Shown in pieces: positions 38,340 through 51,966 of a stretch of 64,000 nt of DNA (positions are counted from its first letter, which is position 1; every line of letters begins with the position of its first letter). The notes beneath the pieces were generated by a model that saw nothing but the letters and a program-made list of their open reading frames with translations, was not told where the DNA came from and searched no databases. Origin of the DNA: Octopus vulgaris. Its lineage: Eukaryota. The translations under genes and the position numbers were made by a program. The DNA lies in contig OX597814.1 of NCBI GenBank assembly GCA_951406725.2, positions 35,588,001 through 35,652,000 of the forward strand, written 5' to 3'.

Positions 38340-38980
38340 TAAATTACCAATTTGCTTGAAAGTGTCAATAACTGTGAGCAGAGTGGTTTAGAGAGCTCTC
38401 TTGGGACCCTTACTACTTGTAATAACACTCAACAACATACTCATTCTTTAGAGCAGATATTCTATACTGATGACACCAAAATGTAAGCTTTGAACTGGAA
38501 CCCTGAACACATCAAAGACCTACAGAAGCAGATTACTATCATATACAAGTAGGGTGATGAAAAGAACAAGCAATTCAATGCAGAGAGTTTCAAGTATTTT
38601 GCTAGTATATGCCTCCATAACTCATTACAACATTAAGTATGCAGAGCAAAGAGAGTACAATCACTAGAACAAGAGAGAAAAATCACGCTGGTTTTATGGA
38701 TGATGCATGTTGTCAGCCACTGGGATTATTGCGTCCACTTATGGTCACTTCCCAGCGTGAATCTCACTCTGGGATTTAAAGTGATTAACTATCTGCTGTG
38801 CTTCTAGGAGTAGTAGAGACTTATATGAATTTACTCCATAGAGTTAAAAAGAGAGATATACACAGTCACTTTTCTTTAAAGATCTTGTAAGCAATAGCAA
38901 TTAAACTTTGGCATTGCAGGTGCTATAACTCATTGAACTGGTTGCTACTGTACCAAAATTATAACCTCTCTTTCCTGGAT
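38340..38980 (+). pseudogene. Highly decayed CR1/L2-type RT fragment
   Basis: LLGPLLLVI.LNNI, YTDDTK, QFNAESF, SHWDYCVHLWS recognisable across frameshifts. Confidence 0.55.
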
Positions 38981-38987
38981 TAGGATA

Positions 38988-39440
38988 ATCATCATCTTCA
39001 TCATCATCGTTTAACGTCCGCTTTCTATGCTAGCATGAGTTGGACGATTTGACTGAGGACTGGCAAACCAGATGGCTGCACCAGGCTTCAATCTTGATCT
39101 GGCAGAATTTTCTACAGCTGGGATGCCTTTCCTAACACCAACCACTCCGAGAATGTAGTGGGTGCTTTTACGTGCCACCGTCACAGGGACAAGTCAGGCG
39201 GTACTGGCAACGACCTTGCTCGAATCTTTTTACACATGCCACCGGCACAGGTGCCAGTAAGGCGATGCTGGCAACGATCATGCTCGTAAGATGCATTTTA
39301 CGTGCCACCGGCACAGAGGCCAGTTAGCCGCTCTGGCAATGATCAAGCTCGGATGGTGCTCTTAGCACCATACTAGCATGGGGCACAAGTGCCAGTAAGG
39401 CAACGCTGGTAACGATCACACTCGAATGGTGCCTTTTATA
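38988..39440 (-). mobile_element. RTE 3' tail with tandem units
   Basis: Matches 26342-26810. Confidence 0.85.
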
Positions 39441-40124
39441 GCTTTGTTTTCAATGGGTCACAACTAAAGCTTACTGCTTCAAACCATAAGAGATTAGCTT
39501 TGAGTAGATGTCAACATTTTTAAACAACACTTAGAACTCATTCTAATGCTTACAGTCAATGATGAATGCAAATCACAACAAGAATCAGAGATATGAGTAG
39601 CAGCATACATCAAGTACCATGCAGAAATCTGCAATAAATCTTATGGCAGTCCCTAACTCAGACATTGCAGAAAGATTAAAAAACACTAAAAGAATACTCA
39701 TACACATGCATGTATTCCCTACCACCCACCTGTCAGTCCGTCCATCCGTCCATCCATCCATCCGTCCATCTGTCCATCTGTCCATCCATCCATCCATGTG
39801 TGTGTGTGATACACTGTTTACTCATGATGAACTGAACAAAATCACATTTTGATAAAGAACTCTATATATTCAAAATGTAGAGTGTATATTTATTTATCTT
39901 ATATGGAGAGAAAGGGTATTCAAATAAACTTAAAAGGAAATTAGTCTAAAAGACAACTGAAGATGAAAAATGTAATGTAAATATTTTTGTAACATCAAAA
40001 GTAGTAACTGAATATCAAGGTTTACTAAGACCAAATAACACTTTATACTCTAGATTTGACTATTAATAAGAAGAGAGATTAATTAAGTAAATAAAATCTA
40101 CTTTTAATGTGTATGATTTCTGAT

Positions 40125-40338
40125 ATGGTAGCAAGCTGGCAGAATTGTTAACATGCTGGGCAATATGCTCAGCAGCATTTCATCCATCTTTAGTTTCTGA
40201 GTTCAAATTCTGCTGAGGTCACCTTTTACTTTCATCCTTTCGGGGTCGATAAAAAAAAGTACCAGTTGAACACTGGGGTTAATGTAATCGACTTAATCAC
40301 TTCTCTGAAAGTGCCAACCTTGCATCAAAATTTGAAAT
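40125..40338 (+). mobile_element. SINE B
   Basis: ggtagcaagctggcagaattgtta...ttcatcctttcggggtcgataaaa. Confidence 0.8.
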
Positions 40339-42284
40339 TTATATGTATGATATCTGACACGTAGTTAGTTACTATGCTTACACTCTATGGAAATAAAAAT
40401 AATAATTTCCTTAGTAATTTAAATCTAAATTTTACTAGCTATTTATATGTCAAAACACATAAGAAAGTAATATTTAGAAGAGAATCAAATGACTTACAGA
40501 TACCATTTAGATGTTACCATTTAAATTAATAAAATAACAGTGTGTGTGAGTGAAAATGGAAATCTGGTATAAATCATATAAACAAACTGCAAATTTAATA
40601 CTAGTGTAAACACAGTATTAAGTAGTTTATTATATAACCTATTAAATACTATGTCTATATTATCCATGAAAGTTTAAATAAATATAACAACTAATATACA
40701 GGAAGAGAATCAATTATAACTTATAGATTAAATTTAGGCTTTATCATGTGAATTACAATAATAACAGGATCTGTGAAAATAAACTGAATAATACAAACTT
40801 ACAAATATTTTTTTATAATTTGCCAGTTTTATATTTATCATTTGTGATTGGTAGTGTAGAATTATCATGTAGTATTGTAAACATTGACTATTCCTAATTG
40901 CATTGGTTATTTACTTACATAGAAATAATGTAGATTCAGTTTGTTTTTATCTATTATTAAGAACAAAAATAGTTGTTGTTTTTGAATACATTCATCATAG
41001 AATTCAGGTGCCAAAGAAGTGTTAATTAAGTTTTCACAACGGAATATCTTGAGGAGTGTTAACAATATATTTCATGTCTATTAAAACAGTTAATTTAAAT
41101 GCTGATTTCTAAATATCCATCTAAGAATGGCAGTTTCTACTCTGTCAATTTTTTGAAAAATGTTCTTACTAGCATATAATTTATGCAAAAACAAATATGT
41201 ATGTGTGTGTGTTAATGATCTGTATACGTACTTAGAGTGTTTAATGATGCAAATAAACAAATAAAACTGCTTGGATTAGATATACAAAATATACATACAT
41301 GTATAAATATAAAGAGAAAGCCAAAGGTTGAAAGCCTTCTATTCTGTGATATTCTTCTGAAGAATATATTTCTTATAGGCACATAGAATAAAAATAGCTA
41401 TATGTCTATAAAAGATGGTTTTTCAGGATGAATACCACAGTTTCAAAGGCTTATACGCATGATTAAGTATGTATACAGATCTCGAATTTTAAAGTAATAC
41501 TGCTTCCATCACTAATAATGAATACGATGCCTATCAGATGAAGGAGAAAATGGAAAAGTGCTTATAAGTATTAAATAATATGTACCAGATAAAGTATTAT
41601 TAGGTTAATTCAACGGTAAATCTTTAGATATCTGTGGGAAAGTAAAAGGAATTTCATAAATATATTAACAAAAATATGCGGCATTGAAATTTTCCCTTTA
41701 TTTCCTGAATACTTACAAAGATGCAGACTTTGATAAATTTTGTGAGTAAAATACTCATGTGCAATAATAAATACAAAACAATTACTTGTGAAAAGGACCG
41801 GATTCAAACATGTAAAATATTAATCCTTAATTCAGAGCAATTAAGGTGATGTGAACATGTATGTACTTGTTAAAATGTAGATCGATAAATCAATTACATA
41901 ATTTGTTTTGTAGAAATGTGTCAAAGGCCAAGGTTCATAAGGATTTTAGTATTTTGCTAAGTCAAATGATATTATTAGAAATGTTCCAACAAATTTTCTT
42001 TTCTTCTTTCTAAGGTCAATTAAATGTGTAGTTCAATTGGACATTTTCATTTACAGGGCTCCATGTTTGCTAGCGGATCATAGTACGAAAGTAGTAAACT
42101 TAAAATTAACATACATATTTCTGAAAAATGATCAAAATAGACATCACCCTAGATTTCTCATCAAATTAAACTGTTGCATGTTATGAGAGAGTTGAAAGTT
42201 GGAAGGTAGAGGCATTGCTGTATGGTGAAAAAGTCAACTTTGGAGCAACATGGCCTTGAGCTTGCTTCCACAAAGTGGATTCTA

Positions 42285-43023
42285 CAGGGTATGGAATTTT
42301 GATACAATATAAAGGGCATGATGGAAATTAATATGCATATGTAAAATTTTGCAACCACTACTACATCACATATGAAAACTGACATCGCTTGAATGGCAGC
42401 CATTTTTGGCTTCGCATTCCCATGCTCTTTCCAAAACTTGCACTTCTCTGATTTCTCTGTTGATGTTTTCCTTCAGTTGCAGCAGATGTAAACCCTCTCT
42501 TTCGGGTATCCCCACAAGACAAAATCCAGGCTATTCATGTCTGGGGAACATGAGGGCCAGTTGACATTGCCATAGTGGGAGATTATTCTCTCTCCAAATC
42601 ACTGTCGTAGCAACTGCATTGTTTCTCTTGCAGTTTGAGCAGTTGCCCCCACCTTGCTGGAACCATGTATGAGGTCTACTTTGAATGGCTTTCACGTTTC
42701 CCAGACTTGACTAACCTGAACTTTTTCTTGTGAGGATACCTGAAAGAGAAGGTTTACATAAAAAAAACCAGAGACCCTGGTGCAACTGGAGCAGGAAATT
42801 CTTGAGGGTGTTATACTCTTAACTCTTTTACTCTTTTACTTGTTTCAGTCATTTGACTGTGGACATGCTGGAGCACCGCCTTTAGTCGAGCAAATCGACT
42901 CTGGAACTTATTCTTTGTAAGCCCAGTACTTATTCTATCAGTCTCTTTTGCTGAACCGCTAAGTGACGGGAACGTATACACACCAGCATCAGTTGTCAAG
43001 CAATGCTAGGGGGACAAACACAG

Positions 43024-43057
<34 letters not shown>

Positions 43058-43443
43058 ATATATACGACAGGCTTCTTTCAGTTTCTGTCTACCAAATCCA
43101 CTCACAAGGCTTTGGTCGGCCCGGGGCTATAGCAGAAGACACTTGCCCAAGATGCCACACAGTGAGACTGAACCCAGAACCATGTTGTTGGTTAGCAAGC
43201 TACTTACCACACAGCCACTCCTGATGCAAGTTGTGGAAAAAGCATGGGCAAATGAAGCCGAAAATGGCTGCCATTTAAGCGATGTCATTTTTCATATGTA
43301 ATGTAGTAATGTTGCAAAACTTCACATATGCATATTAATTTCCATCATGTCTTTTATATTATATCAAAATTTCATGCATTTATTTGTAAGGTTAAGGAAG
43401 TTATTAAAAATTGAAACCCCTCAGTGACTTTTGGGACACCTTG
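42285..43443. mobile_element. Fold-back derivative of a DD41D/rosa-like Tc1-mariner (two 3' ends back to back), with SINE A inserted
   Basis: Minus: WFQQ.GATAQTARETMQLLRQ*FGERIIS..NWPSCSPDMNSLDFVLWGYPKERVY; plus: WLSRFPDLTNLNFFL*GYLKEKVY; arms 42291-42445 and 43224-43378 are inverted; ends TA-cagggt and gggacaccttg-TA. Confidence 0.75.
42812..43222 (-). mobile_element. SINE A full length
   Basis: Reverse complement of the family sequence. Confidence 0.9.
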
Positions 43444-43788
43444 TATTACAACTATGGTTGACCTTGTGAGTGAAGAAAACTAGGAAAAGCCGTGTGTATA
43501 TATATGTGTATGTGCATGATTGAGAGCATATACCCTTTGTCTTGACAGGTGTGAGCTGGTTGTAAACAAAGTATCACTGTTTATACAAATGGTGTTGTTT
43601 ATTTGCAGTTCTTCATGAAAGCACATTTAGTTTCCTTGACATGTCATGTGCATACCTTTGTAAGCAATAAGCTTCACCTTTCACGCAGACAGTGCAATTT
43701 GTTTGTAGTTCCCTGTGAAAGCATGTCCAGATTAGTTGTTGTCCAAAAGGCTTGCTAGTAAAAACATAAGGGTGAGTGGCAAGATGAA

Positions 43789-43956
43789 TGTAGGAGTGGC
43801 TGTGTGGTAAATAGCTTGTTTACCAACTACATGGTTCCAGTTCAGTCCCACTTCATGGCACCTTGGGCAAGTGTCTTCTACTATAGCCTCAGGTCGACCA
43901 AATCCTTGTGAGTGGATTTAGCAGACGGAAACTGAAAGAAGCCCACCGTATATATG

Positions 43957-44000
<44 letters not shown>

Positions 44001-44215
44001 TGTGTATATGTTTGTGTCTTTGTGTTTGTACCCCCAACATCGTCGGTGTGTTTACGTCGCTGTAACTTAGCGGTTTGGCAAAAGAGACTGATAGAATAAG
44101 TACTGGGCTTACAAAGAATAAGTCCTGGGGTTGATTTGCTCGACTAAAGGCGGTGCTCCAGCATGGCCACAGTCAAATGACTGAAACAAGTAAAAGAGTA
44201 AAGAGTAAAAGAGTA
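43789..44215 (+). mobile_element. SINE A full length
   Basis: Family sequence, tail (agtaaaag)n. Confidence 0.9.
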
Positions 44216-44713
44216 ACCCATGCAAGCATGGAAAAAGAGATGCTAAAATGATGAGGTTAGTGATGATGTTGATGAAGATGAAAGGGAGTCAATTTTGTTC
44301 TGTAGAGGCTGAGCCTAAGGCAATGACTGGTTATAAGATATAATGTCAAAGAATTTCTTGGTAGAGATATTGTCTAGCAGCTTCATCAGTTTCATTCATC
44401 CTGAACCATGCCATAAGGGAAGTGCTTCTGTTGTGGAAATTTTGAAATGCCTCTCTTTCAGCACCTACTAAAAAGTACAGTAGCTGTTGATGTCAAAGAT
44501 GTACTGAGAGATGAATCACAGAGATGAATATATCATGCATTTTTCATTCCAGTAACCTCCACATTGCTTCTAAAGAATCAACATAACAACCATTATTGTA
44601 TTATGAAATTCCATCATTGCATTTTTGCATTTGCATCTGTACATAGTCATGTCTTTTATGCCTATATATTTGAAGATATAAGTTAGAGTTTATGGAAGAG
44701 TAAATTTCAGTAC

Positions 44714-45162
44714 TAATGTGGCTGTCGCACTTGTGCGCATGCCAGAGCAACCAACTGGCTTCCATACCTGTGGAACGTAAAAGGGCACCATTCAAGGGTG
44801 ATCGTTACCAACGTCACTTCACTGGCACCTGTGTCGGTGGCACATAAAAAAACACCATCCGAGCGTGGCCGTCTGCCAGCCTCGTCTGGCACCTGTGTCG
44901 GTGGCACATAAAAAACACCATCCGAGCATGGCCGTTCGCCAGCCTCGTCTGGCACCTGTGTCGGTGGCACCTGTGTCGGTGGCACATAAAATCACCCACT
45001 ACCCATGCAAGCATGGAAAGCGGACGTTGAACAATGATGATGATGATGTATGGTACATCATATCAGTTATCAACCCCATGACCACAGCATGATATACTTT
45101 GACACAGTACCTTCTGCTAGCATGGAAAGCGGACGTTAAATGATGATGATGATGATGATGAT
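44714..45162 (+). mobile_element. RTE 3' UTR copy with recent tandem unit duplications and two tails
   Basis: ctggcacctgtgtcggtggcacataaaaaa repeated; (gat)n tails at about 45047 and 45160. Confidence 0.8.
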
Positions 45163-45711
45163 ATACAAAGTGCTTTGGGATTCCCTTCACCACAAGATCC
45201 ATGAATCTTACATTTTTCCTTACAATATTGTAAACGTTGGTTCTGTTAGAGCATGCCTACTTCTTACAACATTATAGAGGTTTGATTCTGTTACTTATTT
45301 TAAAAGCTCTGTAGACACAGTCTTCATAGGAAGGTAAGGTGGTGGCGGTGGTGGTGGTGGTGGTGGTGGTGGTCCCTGAAAATATCTTTGTCTTGAAATA
45401 TGAGAATATGAGTGATAAGCTGGGCTTGGTTTTGAAATTCAGGTGAACAACTAATGCCTGAATCGTTTTAAGGAGGATCTTGTAGCTATGCCTTCATGTA
45501 ATGAATTTGAATATTTGAGTCACTATGTCAGGGTAATTTGAGTCACTTTGCTTGCAGGATTGATTATTTTTTATAACTGGTCACAATAAACTGCATGTTA
45601 TTGTCCTAAAAAGAGAACATTTTCTATATTTTCACATCAATGGTAACATTCTTCATACATAAAAAGACCGCTGAAATTAAAATAGCAAAACCATCATATA
45701 CCCATCATGTA

Positions 45712-46998
45712 TGAGGTTGTATCAAAAAGTTCCTGGACTAGTTCTGTAGCTTGCAAACAGGTGGCAGCACATGGTTGGGTGTGCAGTGAGGGAAAGCAGT
45801 GACCTTCATGTGGCAGTGTGCCAAGGGACATCACTGAGTTTACTACAATAGTTGTGAACTTTGTGCTTTTGTGATCACATATAAACTGTAGTCTGCAACT
45901 TTGTCATGAACAGGAACAAAGAGCCAACGTGAAATTTTGTGTTAAACTTGGGAAGTCTGTCACAGAGACATTGAGTATGCTTTGGAGTGTTTACAGCAAC
46001 AAGGCATTGGGTCGTATGCAATGTTTTGAGTGGCATGGGTGCTTCAGAAATGGAAGAATGTCTCTGGAAGACCTGCTACAAGAATTCACCCTGGAAATGA
46101 GGTATTGTGCATCAAGAATTCGTCCCCCAGGAGCAGACTGTCAAGTGAGAGTTCAACTGTTACATTCTGAAGCATTTAAAGGAAGAGATTTGGCACAAGT
46201 GCCTGGCTCTGTGGAACACGAAGAATTGAGCTCTTCACTAAGCTCTTCTCACTCACAAATTTTTCACTAAAAAACAACAAGGCACCTGCCCTATTCATCA
46301 GATTTAGCACCTGTGAATTTCCATCTCACCAAATGAAAATGCTGCTCAAAGGTTACCATTTTAACACCATTGTTGAGATCCATAGTGAATCACAGAAGGT
46401 CTTTGACTCATTTACAGAAAATGCCTACTATGCCAAATTCCAAGAGCGGCAGGAACACAGAGATTAGTGTATTACTGCATGAGGTGACTATTTTGAAGGA
46501 GATGATGTTAAAACTTAGGTAAATAAGTTATTTTTTATTAAGCATAGGCGCAGGAGTGGCTGTGTGGTAAGTAGCTTGCTTACCAACCACATGGTTCCGG
46601 GTTCAGTCCCACTGTGTGGCAACTTGGACAAGTGTATTCTACTATAGCTTCAGGCTGACCAAAGCCTTGTGAGTGGATTTGGTAGATGGAAACTGAAAGA
46701 AGCCCGTCGTATATATGTATATGTATATATATGTTTGTGTGTGTGTTTGTGCATCAGCGTTTGTCCCCCCCCGCCAACATCGCTTGACAACTGATGGTGG
46801 TGTGTTTACATCTCCGTAACTTAGCGGTTCGGCAAAAGAGGCCGATAGAATAAGTACTATGCTTACAAAGAATAAGCCTTGGGTTCGATTTGCTTGACTA
46901 AAGGCGGTGCTCCAGCATGACCACAGTCAAATGACTGAAACTAGTAAAAGAGTAAAGAGTAAGCATAACTAGTCTGGGAACCTTTTGACACCACCTTG
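45712..46998 (+). mobile_element. Internally deleted mariner with SINE A insertion
   Basis: TIR tgaggttgtatcaaaaagttcctggactagt / actagtctgggaaccttttgacaccaccttg with TA; EQRANVKFCVKLGKSVTETLSML, PYSSDLAPVNF, GDYFEGD. Confidence 0.88.
46547..46959 (+). mobile_element. SINE A full length
   Basis: 8-bp TSD taagcata (46539-46546, 46960-46967). Confidence 0.92.
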
Positions 46999-47404
46999 TA
47001 CTTCTCTGTTTGCAGTAATGGCAAAGTGATCAGTAAGCTTTTTGCAATTTACTATTGTCAATAGCCCTGAATGATATCTGAAATAGTTTAAGCTATTATA
47101 TTTCACGAAGAAGTAACTTCCAATTACCCACTGCTGGAATAATTTGCCACTATGATGTATAGGATTAACTTAATCTCTATTTGTGATATCTTTTACATGT
47201 TTCAGTCATTAGATTGCAGCCAAGCTGGGGTACAGCCTTGTAGAATTTTAGTTGAACTTATTGATACCAGTACTTGTTTTTGTGTAAAACCTGGTACTTA
47301 TTCTATCAGTCTCTTTTGCTGAACCACTAAGTTATAGGACATTAACACATCAGCACCTGTTGTCAAGTAGTGGTATGGGACAAATACAAAGACACACATG
47401 CACA

Positions 47405-47965
47405 GACGTTCTTCCCCCTCCTTAATTCTTCTGTCCTCCTGCTTTTACTTCTCTCTCTTCTCTTCCCACGTGATCGATTGGCCAGCCTGCTCTTCCTTTT
47501 TGGTTTGACTGTAGTCTGTGCAACATCAATATTCTTCCCTGTGTTTGTGAAATCTTTATAACTCTGCCATAAGGCTTCATTTCCACATGCGCCAACTAAA
47601 TTCAATTCATCCTTAGTCGAAAGACACCTGTTGTTATGTCTTGTTATTATTTTTATTGTATTTATATTTGTGTAACATTGTCCGTTTTTTCCGTCCTGGT
47701 TTTTGTATACATTCGCTGCTTTCTTCCAAGGAATTTAATATTCTAAGCTTAGTTTTTCCTTTAAGCTGGCCAGATTGGAGCAATCTCAACAATAATCAGC
47801 TGAAATTGCATTGCAAGAATAATCTGGTTCTTGACAGAAGATAGAAAACTTCGAATGACCCGTTCTTGTTTTCTTTGTATCGACTTTCTGGATATTTTGT
47901 TGTCCCCTTTTTGCATCACCTAACTGTCAGGATGTTTTGTGTTCTTGTCCCATTTTGTATGTTAT
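47405..47965 (+). repeat. Unclassified interspersed repeat ending in (TA)n
   Basis: Terminus gttcttgtcccattttgtat is also present twice, inverted, at 31331-31460. Confidence 0.5.
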
Positions 47966-47989
47966 ATATATATCTATATATCTATCTAT

Positions 47990-48041
<52 letters not shown>

Positions 48042-48706
48042 GGCTTCTTTGTATTTCTTTCTATTAAATCCACTCGCAAGTCTTTGCTTGGCCTGGGGCT
48101 ACAGTAGAAAACATTTGCCCAAGGTCACACCCCAGTGTTACCCACTAATTCCTTCTTAGCATTCCCCACCACCACCACCACCACCACCACCACCATACAT
48201 ATATATATATCCATACATCCATCCATACATACATACATGCATACATACATACATACATACATACATAAATGCTTGCATATTGCATGCAGGCATACATACG
48301 TATTTACAGACATGTACACACAACTTTAAGCCAAATCTTTTGATAAAAAGAAGTTCACAATGTATCACATTGTAGAGAGTGCATTATTTTATTTAATGAG
48401 ATACACTTCAAAAGATACTTCAAAAGAGAGAATAAGAGAATGAAATAACTAAAGATGTACTGTCATTACATAACTTTCCATTCTCTCTCATTCACTTTTC
48501 ATTGTTGCTTTGTTTTTTTCTGAATTTTCTGAAGAGAAAATAAAGATATTCATTCAAAAAAACTTATGGCTTATTATTATACTGAATATACATACATACA
48601 TAATAGACAAACACACTCATACATACCCATACATATAAATATATCTACATATCTATGTATCTGTCTGTCTGTCACACTCTCTCCCTCCCTCCCTCTCTCT
48701 CTCTCC

Positions 48707-48708
<2 letters not shown>

Positions 48709-48792
<84 letters not shown>
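48709..48792. repeat. (TA)n microsatellite
   Basis: Direct inspection. Confidence 0.95.
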
Positions 48793-48798
<6 letters not shown>

Positions 48799-49182
48799 CG
48801 AACTTAGAAGCTCCAAGAGACATGAAATAAATTATTTTTAATGGTGGAACTGGAACTTAAAGTAGATAAATCTATAAATAATAACATGTTGAATATTGAG
48901 TGGAGAAAAAGTCAAAAGTTGGCCATGAGGCTCAGGCTCACATCGTCTGTCAACATGATACCCTAATCATTGTACCAAAGCAACCCTAACAAATTTTCTC
49001 CAAACATTTTAGGAGCATTGTTCATACCAGCAATAACTGTAAAATGTTAATATTATAAGAATTTAAGAACTTTGGAGGATCCAATATTCCAGAGTACCAG
49101 TCAAACACTGGGGTCAGTGTAATAGACTAGTCCCCTCCTCCAAAATTGCTGGCCTTGTGCTGATAGTAGAAAAAATTATTGT

Positions 49183-51045
49183 GGAGAGTCAAGTTCTAAA
49201 ATATTCGCATATATGCTTGTTTGCAGTATGTATATCAGATGACCAAAGCAGTTGGACGGTACTACCAGCCTCATGGTACTACCAACTTCAATCCACTGAG
49301 GTTGGTAGTACGATGATAGTTGGTATGCTGACACATGCATTACTTCACTCTTTATGTGATTTCAAAGCTGCACAGATGAACATGCAATATAGTGTAATTT
49401 GGGTACTTATGCTTTATGGAGGTGAACTGGACCATAATACCATGGAAGTAGCCAAAATCACTTGCTGTCTGAAAGGTGAAGGCACAGTTGATACCAGTAT
49501 CATAACCCGATGGTTCTAGAAATTTTGAATAGGTTGCAAGAACCTTGATATCAGGTATCAGGCAAGGTTAGGTAGATCTAAAACAGTGGATTCAGTGGCC
49601 ATACCCCAAGCCATAAAGGCAAATCTGGTGAATAGCACCCTGAGAGTATCAGGCAAGCTCAGCATCACACATTGTGCAGTAAAAATCCCCAACATTGTTT
49701 AAGAGAAAGCATATTCTTCTGCAGCCAGACAACACAAAACCTCAATCTGCTCAAACAACCTGGTATAAACTCTGGGAGCTGGAGGGAAGTAAACTTGTAG
49801 CAGACTCTCTCTCTGTTATATATACATAAGTACATAGTAGATAACAGCTAGCCTTCGGCTGCCCTTTTAGACCCTGTTGTGTCCACTACTCTGATTGGTT
49901 GGTATTGGCGCAATTTGTCCCTTGCTCTATTGTGCACCAATATGCAACCCAACCAATTGCAGCTTTCTGATAAGGTGACGAGAGACCTTATCTTCCAATC
50001 TTCCAATGAGCCAATAGTTTGCTATAAAAGGCCAGCTTTTACACTGTCTTTCTTCTTTTGGTTCCAGACCTCTTAAGGTCTAGCCGCTGACCACAGAGCA
50101 CATAGCCAGTTCCAGCGACAACACCAGCAGCCACATGGAGACACAGCAACACTCGACCAACAGCATACAGTAATCTTTTTATTCATTGCCATCATCTTCT
50201 TAACATCGTCAACAACATCTCTCTACATACACAGCAACCAGCAACCATCACACAGGTTCTATCTCAACATTGTTCGTGAATTACTTCACCATGGCTAACA
50301 GCAAATACAACCTGTGAGATCTCCTGCAACAAGTAACCGGCTCTGCATAGTAGCCACAGCTTCCTGCACAACATGTTCCTCAATCGGTTCTGCATTGCAG
50401 CCTCAACTTCTTGCTACAGCACTTCTACTATCGTGTACCTTGAATATGAACTGGTATTTATCATCAATGTGTCTGAACATTCTTTTAGCGTCCTATCATA
50501 GACGTTTTCAATGATCTGTATTTTATGCACACACATACACATTATGTATACATGACGGCCTGTCTATTGTTATTATTATTATGCATATATGACACACACA
50601 CAGACACACATTCACCTATCAATAAAATCTTTCTCTTAAGCATTCAACCGGTTGTGTCTCTCTTTTCCTTCTGGCACTTGTACTCATTCATATTTTTCGT
50701 ATTTATTGTAATCGACCGTGTGGTGTACTAAAGGAGTCATTCTCATCACCTCTCCTTCGCATGGTCGTTCTACAAACTGATGAAACACCCAGCATATAGA
50801 TCAGACTGGGAACCCTTAGATTTCTACTTGAAATATTTCATCAACCAAGAGGAATTGAAAATTTCAGTAAAGGAGTTCTTTGCCTTGAAGGACAAGAACT
50901 GGTATCAGAATGGAATGAAAGAGCAAGCAGAAAGGTGGCTTCAGATGGTGTAATACGATGGCCTCTACTTTGGATGCTAGGCTGCTTTTGTTGTGACTTG
51001 AATAAAGCAAATAAGATACCAAAATATTGCAAAACTTTTTTATAG
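49183..51045 (+). mobile_element. Decayed mariner interrupted by a solo LTR
   Basis: HTH LMLYGGELDHNTMEVAKITCCLKGEGTVDTSIITRWF; LLQPDNTKP...ELEGSKL|MKHPAY continuous across the LTR; C-terminus KEFFALKDKNWYQNGMKEQAERW. Confidence 0.8.
49796..50774 (+). mobile_element. Solo LTR (979 bp), Gypsy-type
   Basis: TG...CA termini with short inverted ends tgtagcagac / gtcgttctaca, 4-bp TSD aact, CCAAT boxes, TATA (gctataaaag, ~50021) and AATAAA (~50621). Confidence 0.85.
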
Positions 51046-51117
51046 CTTTATCTACTTTGAGTGCCACCATTAAAAGCAATTTATTCATATACATATATGT
51101 ATGTGTACACACACACG

Positions 51118-51149
<32 letters not shown>

Positions 51150-51229
51150 TACACACACACACAAACACACACACACACACGTATGTGTGTATGTGTGTAT
51201 GATCCTCATCAAGTTCCCTTGATTGATGC

Positions 51230-51420
51230 AGCCAGTCATTGGGGTATCTCTCTAGATGCTTTTGCATATCATCATTGGTTTCTGTTCTCTGTCATGCATA
51301 GCAGGTTCACAGTGTTGTGATCTGTCCAGTCCCAGATGTTGTCAAACCAGCATTATCTCTGTCTGTTTCTCTTTCACTCCTCCCTCAACTATGCTCTGAA
51401 GATATGTGACCAAAAGTTGA
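51230..51420 (-). pseudogene. Old RTE-type LINE 3' fragment
   Basis: FGHI..QSIVEGG...CWFDNIWDWT...LLCMTENR. Confidence 0.55.
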
Positions 51421-51778
51421 TAAAATCCAGGAATTACATAACCAATTTCATTGAATTACTGCTGCTTTTGCTATAGACAACTGTGCATGCAGAGGTAAAT
51501 GACATCATTGCATCTTATAGTGTCATCTGAGCCCTATAAGAAAGGGTTCAAAGCAATATCACATTGGCATTCCCTTCTATGTGCACATTTCCTCACAAAT
51601 GAAACTGTTGTAAGTCAATGAATGAGCTGCTATAACACCTATCCTTTTGTCATTTATTTATTGATATTGCATTTTGTACTGTTTATTTCCTGTTTATATG
51701 GTGAGAACGTTGAAAATTCATGCTACCTTGCTTCCAAACTTTAAAAGTACCATGCATTATAAACATATTGAAATGTAA

Positions 51779-51966
51779 AAGGCGGTGAGCTGGTGGAAAC
51801 GTTAGCACGCTGGGCGAAATGCGTAGCCGTATTTCGTCTGCCGCTACGTTCTGAGTTCAAATTCTGCCGAGGTCGACTTTGCCTTTCATCCTTTCGGGGT
51901 CGATAAATTAAGTACCAGTTACGCACTGTGGTCGATATAATCGACTTAATCCGTTTGTCTGTCCTT
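51779..51966 (+). mobile_element. SINE B, 3'-truncated, abutting the Helitron
   Basis: Family sequence. Confidence 0.88.

Noticed and set aside
39850-42150. Long AT-rich, repeat-poor stretch (also 57200-61100) as possible gene content
   Set aside because: No ORF, splice-bounded frame or RNA motif I can support from the sequence alone.
44760-44990. Repeat-spacer-like pattern resembling a CRISPR array
   Set aside because: The spacers are homologous to each other, the units belong to the RTE 3' UTR, the context is eukaryotic and there are no cas genes.
51476-51493. 18-nt plus-strand microexon candidate (tag|acaactgtgcatgcagag|gtaaat)
   Set aside because: Such short AG/GT matches are expected by chance in 64 kb, and there are no supporting plus-strand exons.
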